A stretch of 64,000 nucleotides of DNA from Candidatus Saccharimonadota bacterium (GCA_034521515.1 JAXHMH010000002.1:437761-501760), one strand, 5' to 3'. Positions 10,047 through 19,010 are shown, counted from the stretch's first letter. Translations and numbers: made by a program. The notes: a model not told the origin generated them from the letters alone.

Positions 10047-10427
10047 CCGCTTTGAGAGGAGGTGATTCCTCCTCTCAACGCGCGGGGCGCCGGAATGAAT
10101 CCGGGCGCTCCGGCTGCTCTCCTCCCGTTACTAACGCTACAAATCCGAAACAAGTTCGGACTTGTAGCGGATTTAATTAATGCAAGAAGTGGCTTCACAT
10201 AGCTGGACTCACTTTTATCCTAGGTTCTCGCTCGGCCGATGGGTTTTGTGTGCTCTTTGGCTCGGAAATCACTAAAGCCGATTTATCGGATAATGCTGCA
10301 ACCCACATTTTCAGCATAATTGCTCCAGTCATTTGTGCGCGTTACACGTCGGAAAAATGGAATTTTTAGGCCGGCGCCACGCCTTAACCGTTTTTACCTT
10401 AAGTTACCTTAAGTACCCACTTGTTTA

Positions 10428-10459
10428 TGTGTAAATATGATTTAAATCATATTTACACA
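10428..10459. promoter_or_regulatory. Perfect 32-bp palindrome TGTGTAAATATGATTT|AAATCATATTTACACA (candidate operator)
   Basis: Read directly from the sequence. It ends 4 nt before the ATG of the 10464 ORF. Its core AATATGATTTAAATCATAT is shared with 28285..28304. Confidence 0.6.
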
Positions 10460-10463
10460 AACC

Positions 10464-11144
10464 ATGTATTTTATATGCCCCATAATCTGGTTATTTGCGA
10501 TTAAGATGTATATGATACAGGGCATGAGTGAGAAGCAACTGCAGTTTTTTGCGTGGGGTATTAGTGTCGGGTCGGTTTTGCTGGCTATTTTGGCATGGGG
10601 GCAGGATTTTCGGTGGCAAATTAATGATATGACTCCGTATCAATGGTTCCCGCTTTTGGGTCTGATTGCTTTTAGCCTTATGTGGGCGCACTACGTAGCT
10701 AGTGTTGTCCGGCAACACAATAAAATCGAGCCTACTGTGCTCAAGCGTTACTTTGATAGTACCAGCGTAGTGGTGCTGATTGCTATTTTGTTACACCCGG
10801 GTCTCCTGGCGTACCAGTTAGTAGAAGATGGCCTAGGCAGACCGCCGGATAGTTTTTATGATTATGTTGGTCAGGCTATGGGGTTATCTATCACACTTGG
10901 CTACGTGGCGCTCGGTGCCTTTTTACTGTATGAATTTCGTCATTGGTTTGGTCAGAGGTCATGGTGGCGGTTTATAAGCTATGCGAGCGATGTGGCAATC
11001 CTTCTCATTTACTTGCATGCGTTACGGCTCGGTAGCCAGCTTGTCAGTGGCTGGTATCTCGGCGTTTGGTATTTTTACGGCGCGACTTTACTGGCGTCAC
11101 TTGTATATATTCACTCCAGACGTCTGCGCAAACCAAAAGTTTAG
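10464..11144 (+). CDS. Hypothetical polytopic membrane protein
   Basis: 226-aa ORF with at least 6 TM helices. The true start may be an internal Met at 10506, 10512 or 10524, because the palindrome abuts the first ATG. Confidence 0.5.
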   Translation: MYFICPIIWLFAIKMYMIQGMSEKQLQFFAWGISVGSVLLAILAWGQDFRWQINDMTPYQWFPLLGLIAFSLMWAHYVASVVRQHNKIEPTVLKRYFDSTSVVVLIAILLHPGLLAYQLVEDGLGRPPDSFYDYVGQAMGLSITLGYVALGAFLLYEFRHWFGQRSWWRFISYASDVAILLIYLHALRLGSQLVSGWYLGVWYFYGATLLASLVYIHSRRLRKPKV

Positions 11145-11824
11145 GTGTGGCTCTCGCGGCGTAACTGACGTTTTTCCAGAATGAGTACAATAAGCAATAC
11201 CAGGCTAGCCAATGCACCAACGCCGACAGGAATCCATTGATCGATACCGATGTTGACTCCCGTCCAAAATAGCAATACTGCCAAAACACTGTAAGCAATA
11301 GAGGCTTTTACTGCGTGATGCTTACCCCATAACAGGTGGAGTAACCAGCCGCCAATGAAACCTTTTATAAACCAACCGATATAATTGATAATCGGCACCC
11401 CGTAAAATGGGCCAGCGGTCTCCCATTGCCACAGCTGCAGTTTTACGTGCGCAGGGTCAAGTACTAGACTAATAACCGTAGCAAATATTGCAGCCAAGAT
11501 TACTCGGCCAAACCCTTTAGTAAACTTGCTGGCAAACCAAAACGCGCCGAGCAAGATCGGTGGGTATACAAATATAACCGTCCAGGGTGTAGTCTCAAGC
11601 AGTTTAGGGCCGAGGCCGTCTGCATAACTAAAAGTTCCTTGTGGTAAACCGGTTTTGAGCGCAAGCGTTTCATAAGCCAGCGTAAAACCAGCCAGTACAA
11701 GCAAGATTACTGTTCCGAGCAAAAAACCGCGCTGCTTTAAGACCCCAATAAAAGCCGGTAGAGCAAACAGGCTCATCACCACAATAGGAGCAATAGCGCT
11801 AATGGACTGGTAGGCTTCGTTCAT
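11141..11824 (-). CDS. Hypothetical polytopic membrane protein
   Basis: 227 aa with about 7 TM helices. It is convergent with the preceding gene and overlaps it by 4 nt. Confidence 0.5.
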   Translation of the reverse strand: MNEAYQSISAIAPIVVMSLFALPAFIGVLKQRGFLLGTVILLVLAGFTLAYETLALKTGLPQGTFSYADGLGPKLLETTPWTVIFVYPPILLGAFWFASKFTKGFGRVILAAIFATVISLVLDPAHVKLQLWQWETAGPFYGVPIINYIGWFIKGFIGGWLLHLLWGKHHAVKASIAYSVLAVLLFWTGVNIGIDQWIPVGVGALASLVLLIVLILEKRQLRRESHT

Positions 11825-11932
11825 TCGTATAATTATTACATGAGCCAGTCTGTTTAAAAAATCCTATTTGTTAAAACTCAAAAAATCTTTCGTAACATTG
11901 CAAATCTTGCATAAGCATGATATAATAATAGA

Positions 11933-12289
11933 ATGACAGAACAACTTAATCTACCGATGGATTCAGAACCGACACCGCCGGAATTTGATGCCGATGCGGT
12001 AGCTGAGCATATTGCTGAAAATGCAACTGAGTATGACCCGAATACTCGTGCTCAGCAGCGTCTAGATCGAAGTGGGGTTGGGGGCGGGATAAGGGCCGGC
12101 GTGGATGGAGACCTTTCTCGGGGAGAAGAGCCTGCAGTAGATGTGACTCAAGAGACTACAGTGCAGCCTCAGCGTGGAACGCATGAAGCACCTTCAGAGT
12201 GGCGTATGACTGATGAAGAGCGAGCTGCAGCACCCGCTGGTATTATTGCCGCCCGTGAAGCCTTAAGTAAAGGCGATGATAAATCATAG
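11933..12289 (+). CDS. Hypothetical acidic protein
   Basis: 118-aa ORF with no recognisable motifs. Confidence 0.4.
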   Translation: MTEQLNLPMDSEPTPPEFDADAVAEHIAENATEYDPNTRAQQRLDRSGVGGGIRAGVDGDLSRGEEPAVDVTQETTVQPQRGTHEAPSEWRMTDEERAAAPAGIIAAREALSKGDDKS

Positions 12290-12326
12290 CCGTTAATCTT
12301 TGACAGCTTAAGTGGAGGTTCGTTAG

Positions 12327-13043
12327 ATGCCCGACAGTATACCGTTGTCCGAACATGAGCAGTTACGGTTGCCAGAAATGGGCAACCAGCAAATTGACCG
12401 GTTTCAGCGCATAGAAGTGTTGAGTAATATTGAAGGCTTTCTGCCAACAACTAAAAGGGAACAAGTAGAAGCACTGAGTTTGCAAAGTTTTAGTTCAAAG
12501 CGTGGCGGTGCAGCCAAACACTTAGCCGAAATTGCAATACATCAAAATAAAACAAATATGGAAGATCCTTCTAGAACTACCAGAAGTGTAACGCGTGAAT
12601 ACGCTACATGGGCATTTGACGCCAAGGCAAGCTTTGATACTCTGCAAACCCTGGACGAAGCCATCAATGAAGAAATAAACCCAGAGTTACGACTCAACAG
12701 GGTATTTAAGCCTACGCAGGAGGGGCTGCTGTCATTTATGCGTTGGTATGATTTGTCGCAAATGCGACTTGATAAGGGATTTAATAATATTGGCTATGAC
12801 CCACAAAAAGTAGAGTATACAAATAGCAATGGCGGTATTATGTTCTATCTCGCCGAAGCTATGGAAAGCTGGCGTGTACAGCAAGTCCGTCGTAAAATCT
12901 CTCTAGCCCAGGAACATGAAACACAAAGATTTGAGTTTTGGATAGAACGATTGATAGAAATCGAGGAACACTACCCCTCTCTTAGGAATATAGCTCAGGA
13001 AGGTTTAAGCAAATTGTATGACAGTAGCTCGGATAAAAAATAG
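12327..13043 (+). CDS. Hypothetical protein
   Basis: 238-aa ORF with GGAGG 8 nt upstream. Its stop abuts the dus start. Confidence 0.45.
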   Translation: MPDSIPLSEHEQLRLPEMGNQQIDRFQRIEVLSNIEGFLPTTKREQVEALSLQSFSSKRGGAAKHLAEIAIHQNKTNMEDPSRTTRSVTREYATWAFDAKASFDTLQTLDEAINEEINPELRLNRVFKPTQEGLLSFMRWYDLSQMRLDKGFNNIGYDPQKVEYTNSNGGIMFYLAEAMESWRVQQVRRKISLAQEHETQRFEFWIERLIEIEEHYPSLRNIAQEGLSKLYDSSSDKK

Positions 13044-14078
13044 ATGTCTTTAACTGATTTACCCAAGCCATTTTTTGTGTTGGCGCCGATGGATGATGTG
13101 ACAGATACGGTATTTAGGCGAGTTGTTGATGAGTGTGCCGTCCCAGATATTTACTTTACAGAGTTCGTAAATGTCGATGGATTGCAAAGCTCGGGACGCA
13201 AAAACTTGCTTAAAAAACTGCAATTTACCGCTCAAGAACGGCCAATTATTGCACAAATTTGGGGTAAAAATCCTGAAAATTATTACAAAACTGCGCAGCA
13301 AATTGCTGATGGATCCCTCGCTCAAGAGGCAAACGCGCTTAATAATCATGACAAAAATACTAAACAAAAACCATTAAATTTTGCTGGAATTGACTTGAAT
13401 ATGGGCTGTCCGGACAAAAAAATTGTTAAAAACGGTTGCTGCGCTGCCTTTATTAATGATAGAAAACTGGCCGGTGAAGTAATTGAAGCTACACAAAAAG
13501 GAGCCAGCATAAATAAATCTAACGGCCGTCAGATTTTTTTACCGGTTAGCGTGAAAACGCGGCTTGGATTTAACGAAATTGATTACACATGGCACGAGTT
13601 TTTGCTTGGTTATAACCTAGATATGCTAACGGTTCATGGCAGGACTAAAAAGCAGATGAGCAAGGTACCGGCGAATTGGGATGCTCTCGGCCGTATCCGA
13701 AAACTACGCGACAACTTTGCTTCAGAAACACTAATTGTGGGTAATGGTGATGTTATGAGCCGTAGTCAAGGTGTTGAATTAACCCAACAGTATGGACTGG
13801 ACGGCATAATGATTGGGCGTGGTGTGTTTAGTGATCCGTACGTATTTTCAAAAAAATCACCGTGGCTCAATATGAGCAAACAGGATCGTATAGATTTATA
13901 CAAAAAACATGTTGAGCTATTCGCTAGCACTTGGAATAACAGAGAAAGACCTATCCAAACACTCAACAAATTCTGCAAAATTTATATTAATCATTTTGAT
14001 GGCGCCAAGGAACTCCGCGAAAAACTTATGAACGCCAAAACAACCCAAGAGTTACTAGGTTTATTAATAAAAGCCTAA
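13044..14078 (+). CDS. dus: tRNA-dihydrouridine synthase
   Basis: The Dus TIM-barrel motifs are present: LAPMDDVTDTVFR, GIDLNMGCP (catalytic Cys), KTRLG, HGRT and IGNGDV. Confidence 0.8.
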   Translation: MSLTDLPKPFFVLAPMDDVTDTVFRRVVDECAVPDIYFTEFVNVDGLQSSGRKNLLKKLQFTAQERPIIAQIWGKNPENYYKTAQQIADGSLAQEANALNNHDKNTKQKPLNFAGIDLNMGCPDKKIVKNGCCAAFINDRKLAGEVIEATQKGASINKSNGRQIFLPVSVKTRLGFNEIDYTWHEFLLGYNLDMLTVHGRTKKQMSKVPANWDALGRIRKLRDNFASETLIVGNGDVMSRSQGVELTQQYGLDGIMIGRGVFSDPYVFSKKSPWLNMSKQDRIDLYKKHVELFASTWNNRERPIQTLNKFCKIYINHFDGAKELREKLMNAKTTQELLGLLIKA

Positions 14079-14092
14079 CTCGACCTGTATGT

Positions 14093-14121
14093 TTGAAGTA
14101 GCAAGTATTGTGTCATAATAT
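14093..14121 (+). promoter_or_regulatory. Putative sigma-70-type promoter TTGAAG-N17-TAATAT
   Basis: The -10 element ends about 6 nt before the ATG at 14127. This implies a leaderless or near-leaderless transcript for the WhiB-like gene. Confidence 0.35.
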
Positions 14122-14126
14122 AGATT

Positions 14127-14396
14127 ATGAGTGAGTTCGTCACCGATGATCAAGCAACCTGGGTCTATTGGTATCAAGAAAGCCAGTGTGCTAAGGAGTT
14201 ACCTCAAGACTCCGATATTATGATAGAGCAAGATGCAGATTCAGTTACAATAGCTAAAGGTATCTGTAGTAGATGCGTTGTCATAGAACATTGCCGAGAT
14301 GATTTAGCCTCAACAAATATGTCTATGGCAATAGGCACAATAGCCGGTCTTTCAGAGTATGATCGTCGTTACGCAAGAAACCCGAATATTAGATAA
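14127..14396 (+). CDS. WhiB-like (Wbl) Fe-S transcriptional regulator candidate
   Basis: 89 aa with four Cys in the WhiB arrangement: C-x26-C-x2-C-x5-C, seen as CAKE...GICSRCVVIEHC. The C-terminal motif IGTIAGLSEYDRR resembles the Wbl G[VI]WGG..E.R turn. Confidence 0.55.
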   Translation: MSEFVTDDQATWVYWYQESQCAKELPQDSDIMIEQDADSVTIAKGICSRCVVIEHCRDDLASTNMSMAIGTIAGLSEYDRRYARNPNIR

Positions 14397-14423
14397 ACCA
14401 AAAATACTAGTTATAATAAAGTC

Positions 14424-14951
14424 ATGAAACGTAACCATGGCGATGTAGACCATATCCACATAGATGATGGAATTGAGGAGTCTCCACGGGAATACGCTAA
14501 GTTGTCCAGTGTTTTTGGCGGCGTGCTTATTCTTGTGCTGTTTTTAGCTTGGGCGCGCGGCTTTGAGTTGCAGCGGTTTATAGGTGATTTTATGGCGGTG
14601 TTTTTTATTACCTTTGCCGCCTTTAAGTTTGTGAACCTTGATGAGTTTGTATCTACTTATAGAGATTATGATGTGCTTGCCAAGAAGTTTCGTGTATGGG
14701 CGTTTGCATTGCCGTTTATTGAAGGTGTATTAGGTGTTGCTTATCTGTTGTATCACGATTACACACCGCTCAACCTGATAGTTATGACTTTAACCGGCTT
14801 GGCTGCGTACGGTGCCTGGCAAGAGTTACGCAACCAGTCAAACATAATGAGTGCATTTCTTGGTACGGTTATAAAGTTACCGTTGTCAAAAGTGAGTCTG
14901 ATAGAAAACCTATCAATGTTTTTGATGGCGACCATCATGATAGTCTTGTAG
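14424..14951 (+). CDS. Hypothetical membrane protein (4 TM; DoxX/MauE-like topology)
   Basis: 175-aa ORF. The call rests on hydrophobic helices only. Confidence 0.45.
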   Translation: MKRNHGDVDHIHIDDGIEESPREYAKLSSVFGGVLILVLFLAWARGFELQRFIGDFMAVFFITFAAFKFVNLDEFVSTYRDYDVLAKKFRVWAFALPFIEGVLGVAYLLYHDYTPLNLIVMTLTGLAAYGAWQELRNQSNIMSAFLGTVIKLPLSKVSLIENLSMFLMATIMIVL

Positions 14952-15050
14952 CGCTACAAGTTGAGCTAAGTAATTTATGCTAACAGGGTCGTATATGAGT
15001 TTAACGATATTCTGCTATAATCTCATCTGTTAGCCACGTATGTCACACTT

Positions 15051-15126
<76 letters not shown>

Positions 15127-15148
15127 AATGTATTTCCCTAGTTTTGCT

Positions 15149-15181
15149 AAACGCGCCAGTCGACTGGCGCGTTTATTTTTT
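15149..15181 (+). terminator. Intrinsic terminator AAACGCGCCAGTCGACTGGCGCGTTTATTTTTT
   Basis: 7-bp GC stem followed by a T-run. A near-identical palindrome recurs at 33626..33653. Confidence 0.75.
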
Positions 15182-15225
15182 AAGGTATTTTAGAAGTAAT
15201 ACAGGGTGCTTGCTACAATAAAGCT

Positions 15226-15702
15226 ATGCTAAATAAAGCAAGGCAATCAATCAATAACGCATCGGCGAAAATTTTGCCGATTATCAAACAGCTACGTGAT
15301 GTGCGGGTGGTAGGGTTGTTGGTGTTTGCTTTGGTCGCGCTGCTTGTAACCTGGAGCTCAGTAGGTGTTATCCAGAATAACTATGAACTACAGCAACGCA
15401 TTGCTCGCTTGCAGCAAGAAAATGATTTACGTCAACTAGAGAACGAGAATTTACGTCTACGTAACCAATATTACGAAACCGATCATTATCTGGAACTGCA
15501 GGCTCGCCGCCAGTTCAATCGGGCGGCACCGGGCGAGACACTACTTCTTGTACCGGAAGAAACCGCACTCGAATATGCGCCGAACTTACCAAACCAAGAT
15601 ACTGAGGAAATGCCACTATCGACACCAGCGAAACCTGTCTACCAAGAAAATTTTGAAGCCTGGATGGAATTCTTTTTCCGTCGTGATTTGGTCGATCAGT
15701 AA
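15226..15702 (+). CDS. Septum formation initiator family protein (FtsB/DivIC-like)
   Basis: N-terminal TM helix followed by a leucine-zipper-like coiled coil (LQQRIARLQQENDLRQLENENLRLRNQ). Confidence 0.6.
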   Translation: MLNKARQSINNASAKILPIIKQLRDVRVVGLLVFALVALLVTWSSVGVIQNNYELQQRIARLQQENDLRQLENENLRLRNQYYETDHYLELQARRQFNRAAPGETLLLVPEETALEYAPNLPNQDTEEMPLSTPAKPVYQENFEAWMEFFFRRDLVDQ

Positions 15703-15717
15703 GGGTTAAATCGGGGT

Positions 15718-16458
15718 CTAGCTTTTTTTAGATATGCGGGGTTTTGAACGCGAGATAATTCGGAGAGCATCATCTACATCGTCCGTGATATGAAATAAAT
15801 GTAAGTCCTTTGGGCTAATAGTGTGTGATTGATTGAGGAGCACTTTCTGGACGTACTCCATTAAAGGTTTCCAGAACTCACTACCAAATAAAATGATAGG
15901 AATCGGGTCTATGCGCTCGGTTTGTTTTAGGGTTAATATCTCAAAGAATTCGTCCATGGTACCAAAACCGCCAGGAAAGTAAACATAGGCACGAGCGGTG
16001 AATGATAAGGCGACCTTACGGCTGAAAAAGTAATAAAAATCTACCGAGTAACTGACATATTGATTGGTTATTTGCTCGTGTGGCAATTGAATTGTCATGC
16101 CTATAGATTTACCCTGGGCTTCGGCGGCGCCTCTATTAGCGGCCTCCATTATACCGCCTCCACCTCCGGTAACAACGGTAGAACCAATTTCTCGCACGAT
16201 GCGTCCGGCCAACTCTCGGGCTTGTTCGTAGTATTCGTTATCTTCTGTAAATCTTGCGGAGCCAAAAAAAGTAACTGTGTCAGGGTGGTTCATTAGCAGC
16301 TTGAAGCCTTTTTTGAACTCTTTGTTGACGCGCTTCATACGGGCGTTGACACTAGCTTCGGTAATCGTGCCCGCGGCATGGCGCCGCTCTTGGTGGGAGA
16401 TATAGCGTAGGCTGGAATGATTAAATCTTCTTATATACTTTTTGATTTTTTTAAACAT
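15718..16458 (-). CDS. LOG family protein (cytokinin riboside 5'-monophosphate phosphoribohydrolase-like; TIGR00730)
   Basis: Carries the GGGGGIMEAANRGA and PGGFGTMDEFFE motifs. Confidence 0.8.
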   Translation of the reverse strand: MFKKIKKYIRRFNHSSLRYISHQERRHAAGTITEASVNARMKRVNKEFKKGFKLLMNHPDTVTFFGSARFTEDNEYYEQARELAGRIVREIGSTVVTGGGGGIMEAANRGAAEAQGKSIGMTIQLPHEQITNQYVSYSVDFYYFFSRKVALSFTARAYVYFPGGFGTMDEFFEILTLKQTERIDPIPIILFGSEFWKPLMEYVQKVLLNQSHTISPKDLHLFHITDDVDDALRIISRSKPRISKKS

Positions 16459-16543
16459 AACTGGTTATAGAGTACCGTATTTTTACCAACAACCCAAGGA
16501 GGGGTGCTACAATAAGCAATAACAATATGAAGGAAGAGATAAT

Positions 16544-16597
16544 ATGTCAAAAGATAGACCCAAGCGCGAAGTAAAAAAGCCTAAAAAACAAAAGTAG
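16544..16597 (+). CDS. 17-codon Lys-rich micro-ORF MSKDRPKREVKKPKKQK (speculative)
   Basis: AAGGAAGAG sits 6-7 nt upstream of the ATG. It lies on the opposite strand between two minus-strand genes. There is no homology evidence. Confidence 0.2.
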   Translation: MSKDRPKREVKKPKKQK

Positions 16598-16636
16598 TTA
16601 GTTTACCTAGTATACAGTTGCTGATATACAGCAGGG

Positions 16637-17275
16637 TTACTGGAATAGAGTTCTGGCAAAAACCTCACCCGGTCTTCTAAGTAAGGTTGTATGGTTGCCT
16701 GGGATAATTTGCAGATCTACTATTCTTGGTAATATTTTTCGGGCTGCCGAAATGTAGCTAAGTGGCGCAAAAAACTCGTCGTCTTCTGCGGCCACCAGTT
16801 TAACGTTAAGCCCTGATTCAGCCATACGTGCGACTCTTCTGGTGCTTGAGAAATTTGCGACACCAGGGATATAGGACAAGTGCTCTAAGGGATGGCTGGC
16901 TAGTTGACCTAGTGTGTCGCGTGCTGTAGTGATGTTACGTGTGAAATTGGAGCCAATAATGGCATGTTGAGCGTGTTTAAGTGCAATCTGTCCAGCCGAT
17001 AAAAACAATGATCCGATTCGGTGGGGCTCCGGGCCATTAAACACCATAAGTAGCTCTGGATTAGCGGTCAGCGGAACCTTGCTTACCCCCAAGGAATGCG
17101 TGTTAACCGCTGCATCCTCAACCGCTTTTATTAATGCGTTTGGATTTTTATCGGCATTAACCAAAGTAAAAATAGCAGCATCATTGACGTTGAAAGCTTC
17201 ACAGGCAGCTTCGGCAATCGGTTCTAACTGGCACTCAGATTCACCGTATCCGCCGATAACGACTGCACGCTTCAT
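16637..17275 (-). CDS. Hypothetical protein, possible alpha/beta-fold hydrolase
   Basis: 212-aa ORF. VVIGGYG and IIPGNHTT near the C-terminus are weak motif evidence only. Confidence 0.4.
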   Translation of the reverse strand: MKRAVVIGGYGESECQLEPIAEAACEAFNVNDAAIFTLVNADKNPNALIKAVEDAAVNTHSLGVSKVPLTANPELLMVFNGPEPHRIGSLFLSAGQIALKHAQHAIIGSNFTRNITTARDTLGQLASHPLEHLSYIPGVANFSSTRRVARMAESGLNVKLVAAEDDEFFAPLSYISAARKILPRIVDLQIIPGNHTTLLRRPGEVFARTLFQ

Positions 17276-17406
17276 GTTTATGGTTATAGATAATTATTTT
17301 GAAACTGTCAATTACAGAACTGTTTTAGTAGCTGCTAAAAACGGTTATTACTCTGAATTTATCAAATATGCTTAGTTTCTTTGTGATACTTCAGTGATGA
17401 TCTGGT

Positions 17407-17748
17407 TTACTGTTCTTTATTTTGATCGCGGGAGTGAAGATCAGACAAATGCTTTTTGTGGCTTTCGACAATTCTTTTGCCGTGATGCCGTGCAAATACC
17501 TGGATGAATGAAGCAAGGATACCAACCCCTATAAACACAAAAACAGTAGTCATTATTTTACCGATGGTCGTTATAGGATAGATGTCACCATACCCAACAG
17601 TAGCTAGTGAAATAACGCTAAAATAGTAAGAATCTATCCAGCTCCAGCCTTCGACCGCCCGAAAAAATACCATGCCAAAACCGATGACTAAAACAGTTGC
17701 TAGCAATAGTAGTCGGTAAGTTGATTTTTCTGTTAGTCCTTGACGCAT
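17407..17748 (-). CDS. Two-TM potassium channel (KcsA-like pore only)
   Basis: The selectivity filter TVGYGD lies between two TM helices. The protein is 113 aa. Confidence 0.7.
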   Translation of the reverse strand: MRQGLTEKSTYRLLLLATVLVIGFGMVFFRAVEGWSWIDSYYFSVISLATVGYGDIYPITTIGKIMTTVFVFIGVGILASFIQVFARHHGKRIVESHKKHLSDLHSRDQNKEQ

Positions 17749-17800
17749 GTGGCTAAGTATAACAGTTATAGCATAGAAAGTGATACGGGGTTATAGATGT

Positions 17801-18361
17801 CTATGTTGCTTTATTGTGTACGGCGCGTCGATATCGAAAGTCGTCAATTGCTGAGTGCTCAAGACAACGTGATTCAATATAACTTACAAATTTACGGGCG
17901 CTGGTATCGTTCATAGTGCCAATGGTATAGTCTCCGATTCGAGTGTAGAGTGTAACATTGGCAAAAACTCCGGCTTTGCCGTAACTCACGCCACCAACAA
18001 TGTCGTAAGAGATCTCATCAGTCTTAATAAACAGTGGTTTTTTATCTAAGAAAAAGGCGCGCCTATCGGTGGCTATTAACATTGCAAATCCCTCCGCATG
18101 GCGACCGTAAACGACACCGGTTATATGTTCATAGTCATGAATAATATTTGGTAGAGCCTGAGCTTCGGCATGCGCCAGACCATACCATCCCATCCCAACG
18201 GATTTTAGTTCATCAAACACACGCTTCTTTTTGTCTTGCGGATTATTTTCATCGTGGGCGTGAGGTGGAGTCGTCGGCGTTTTGGAGTATTGCGGCAGCG
18301 GCACCCGGCGTATGGCAGATTGTTGACGGATGATGTTTTGTGCGACGAGTGATTGGTACAT
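17801..18361 (-). CDS. Hypothetical protein, bacterial PH-domain-like
   Basis: 186-aa ORF. It is divergent from the 18510 gene, and its promoter region carries two CRP-type boxes. Confidence 0.45.
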   Translation of the reverse strand: MYQSLVAQNIIRQQSAIRRVPLPQYSKTPTTPPHAHDENNPQDKKKRVFDELKSVGMGWYGLAHAEAQALPNIIHDYEHITGVVYGRHAEGFAMLIATDRRAFFLDKKPLFIKTDEISYDIVGGVSYGKAGVFANVTLYTRIGDYTIGTMNDTSARKFVSYIESRCLEHSAIDDFRYRRAVHNKAT

Positions 18362-18413
18362 GACCTTATTCCTCCCTCGAGTTATAGTTAACCAAACCTT
18401 GATGCAGTCAGTC

Positions 18414-18452
18414 TGTGAGTTGAATCACAAAATGGTCGTGATATGTGTCACC
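18414..18452. promoter_or_regulatory. Two tandem CRP-type boxes: TGTGAgttgaaTCACA (18414..18429) and cGTGAtatgtgTCACc (18437..18452)
   Basis: Both match the TGTGA-N6-TCACA consensus. They are centred 23 bp apart, in the divergent intergenic region between the 17801(-) and 18510(+) genes. Confidence 0.65.
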
Positions 18453-18509
18453 GACTATTTTGCGAACCTGGTAGAGACTAATTAGCGGAAACCAAGAAAG
18501 GAAATATCT

Positions 18510-18995
18510 ATGACTGCAACAACTTCAAAAACAAGGCCAGTAAACCAAAAGATTATAAACTTTTTAAGAGAGCACGAAACCGCTGTATTAGCAACTGTCG
18601 ACCCCAATAATCGTCCGCATGCCGTGGTTATTTATATCGCAGTCGCTGACGATTTATCGATTACTTTCCTTACCAAATACGACACCAAAAAAAGCGATAA
18701 CTTACGGCATAATAAACACGCGATGATGACTGTATTTGACCCGGCTACGCAAGCAGTCGTTCAGATTACCGGTCAAGCAGAAGAGTTATCTGATATGAAC
18801 GAAGCTCATCAAGCTTTTCGACACGCCCTTAGATCATCGCTTCACACTAGCAACATGGCTGTTCCTCCAATAGCTAAACTCAACGCGGGTGATTACACAG
18901 CTTTTCGCGTTACACCGTCTGATGTGCGTATGGCTACATTCACCGAAAAGCACAATGGTAAATATGAGCAAACATTTGAAGTAGCTGAGCTTTAA
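18510..18995 (+). CDS. Pyridoxamine 5'-phosphate oxidase family protein (FMN-binding split barrel)
   Basis: 161 aa. ETAVLATVDPNNRPHAVVIYIA gives a PNPOx-like N-terminal fold signature. Confidence 0.65.
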   Translation: MTATTSKTRPVNQKIINFLREHETAVLATVDPNNRPHAVVIYIAVADDLSITFLTKYDTKKSDNLRHNKHAMMTVFDPATQAVVQITGQAEELSDMNEAHQAFRHALRSSLHTSNMAVPPIAKLNAGDYTAFRVTPSDVRMATFTEKHNGKYEQTFEVAEL

Positions 18996-19010
18996 TAACG
19001 ATCGTGACGG

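Noticed and set aside
10010-10198. 62-codon minus-strand ORF in the structured region after the ABC-2 permease
   Set aside because: It is built from hairpin-forming GC-rich sequence and has no start context. It is more likely part of a terminator or ncRNA.
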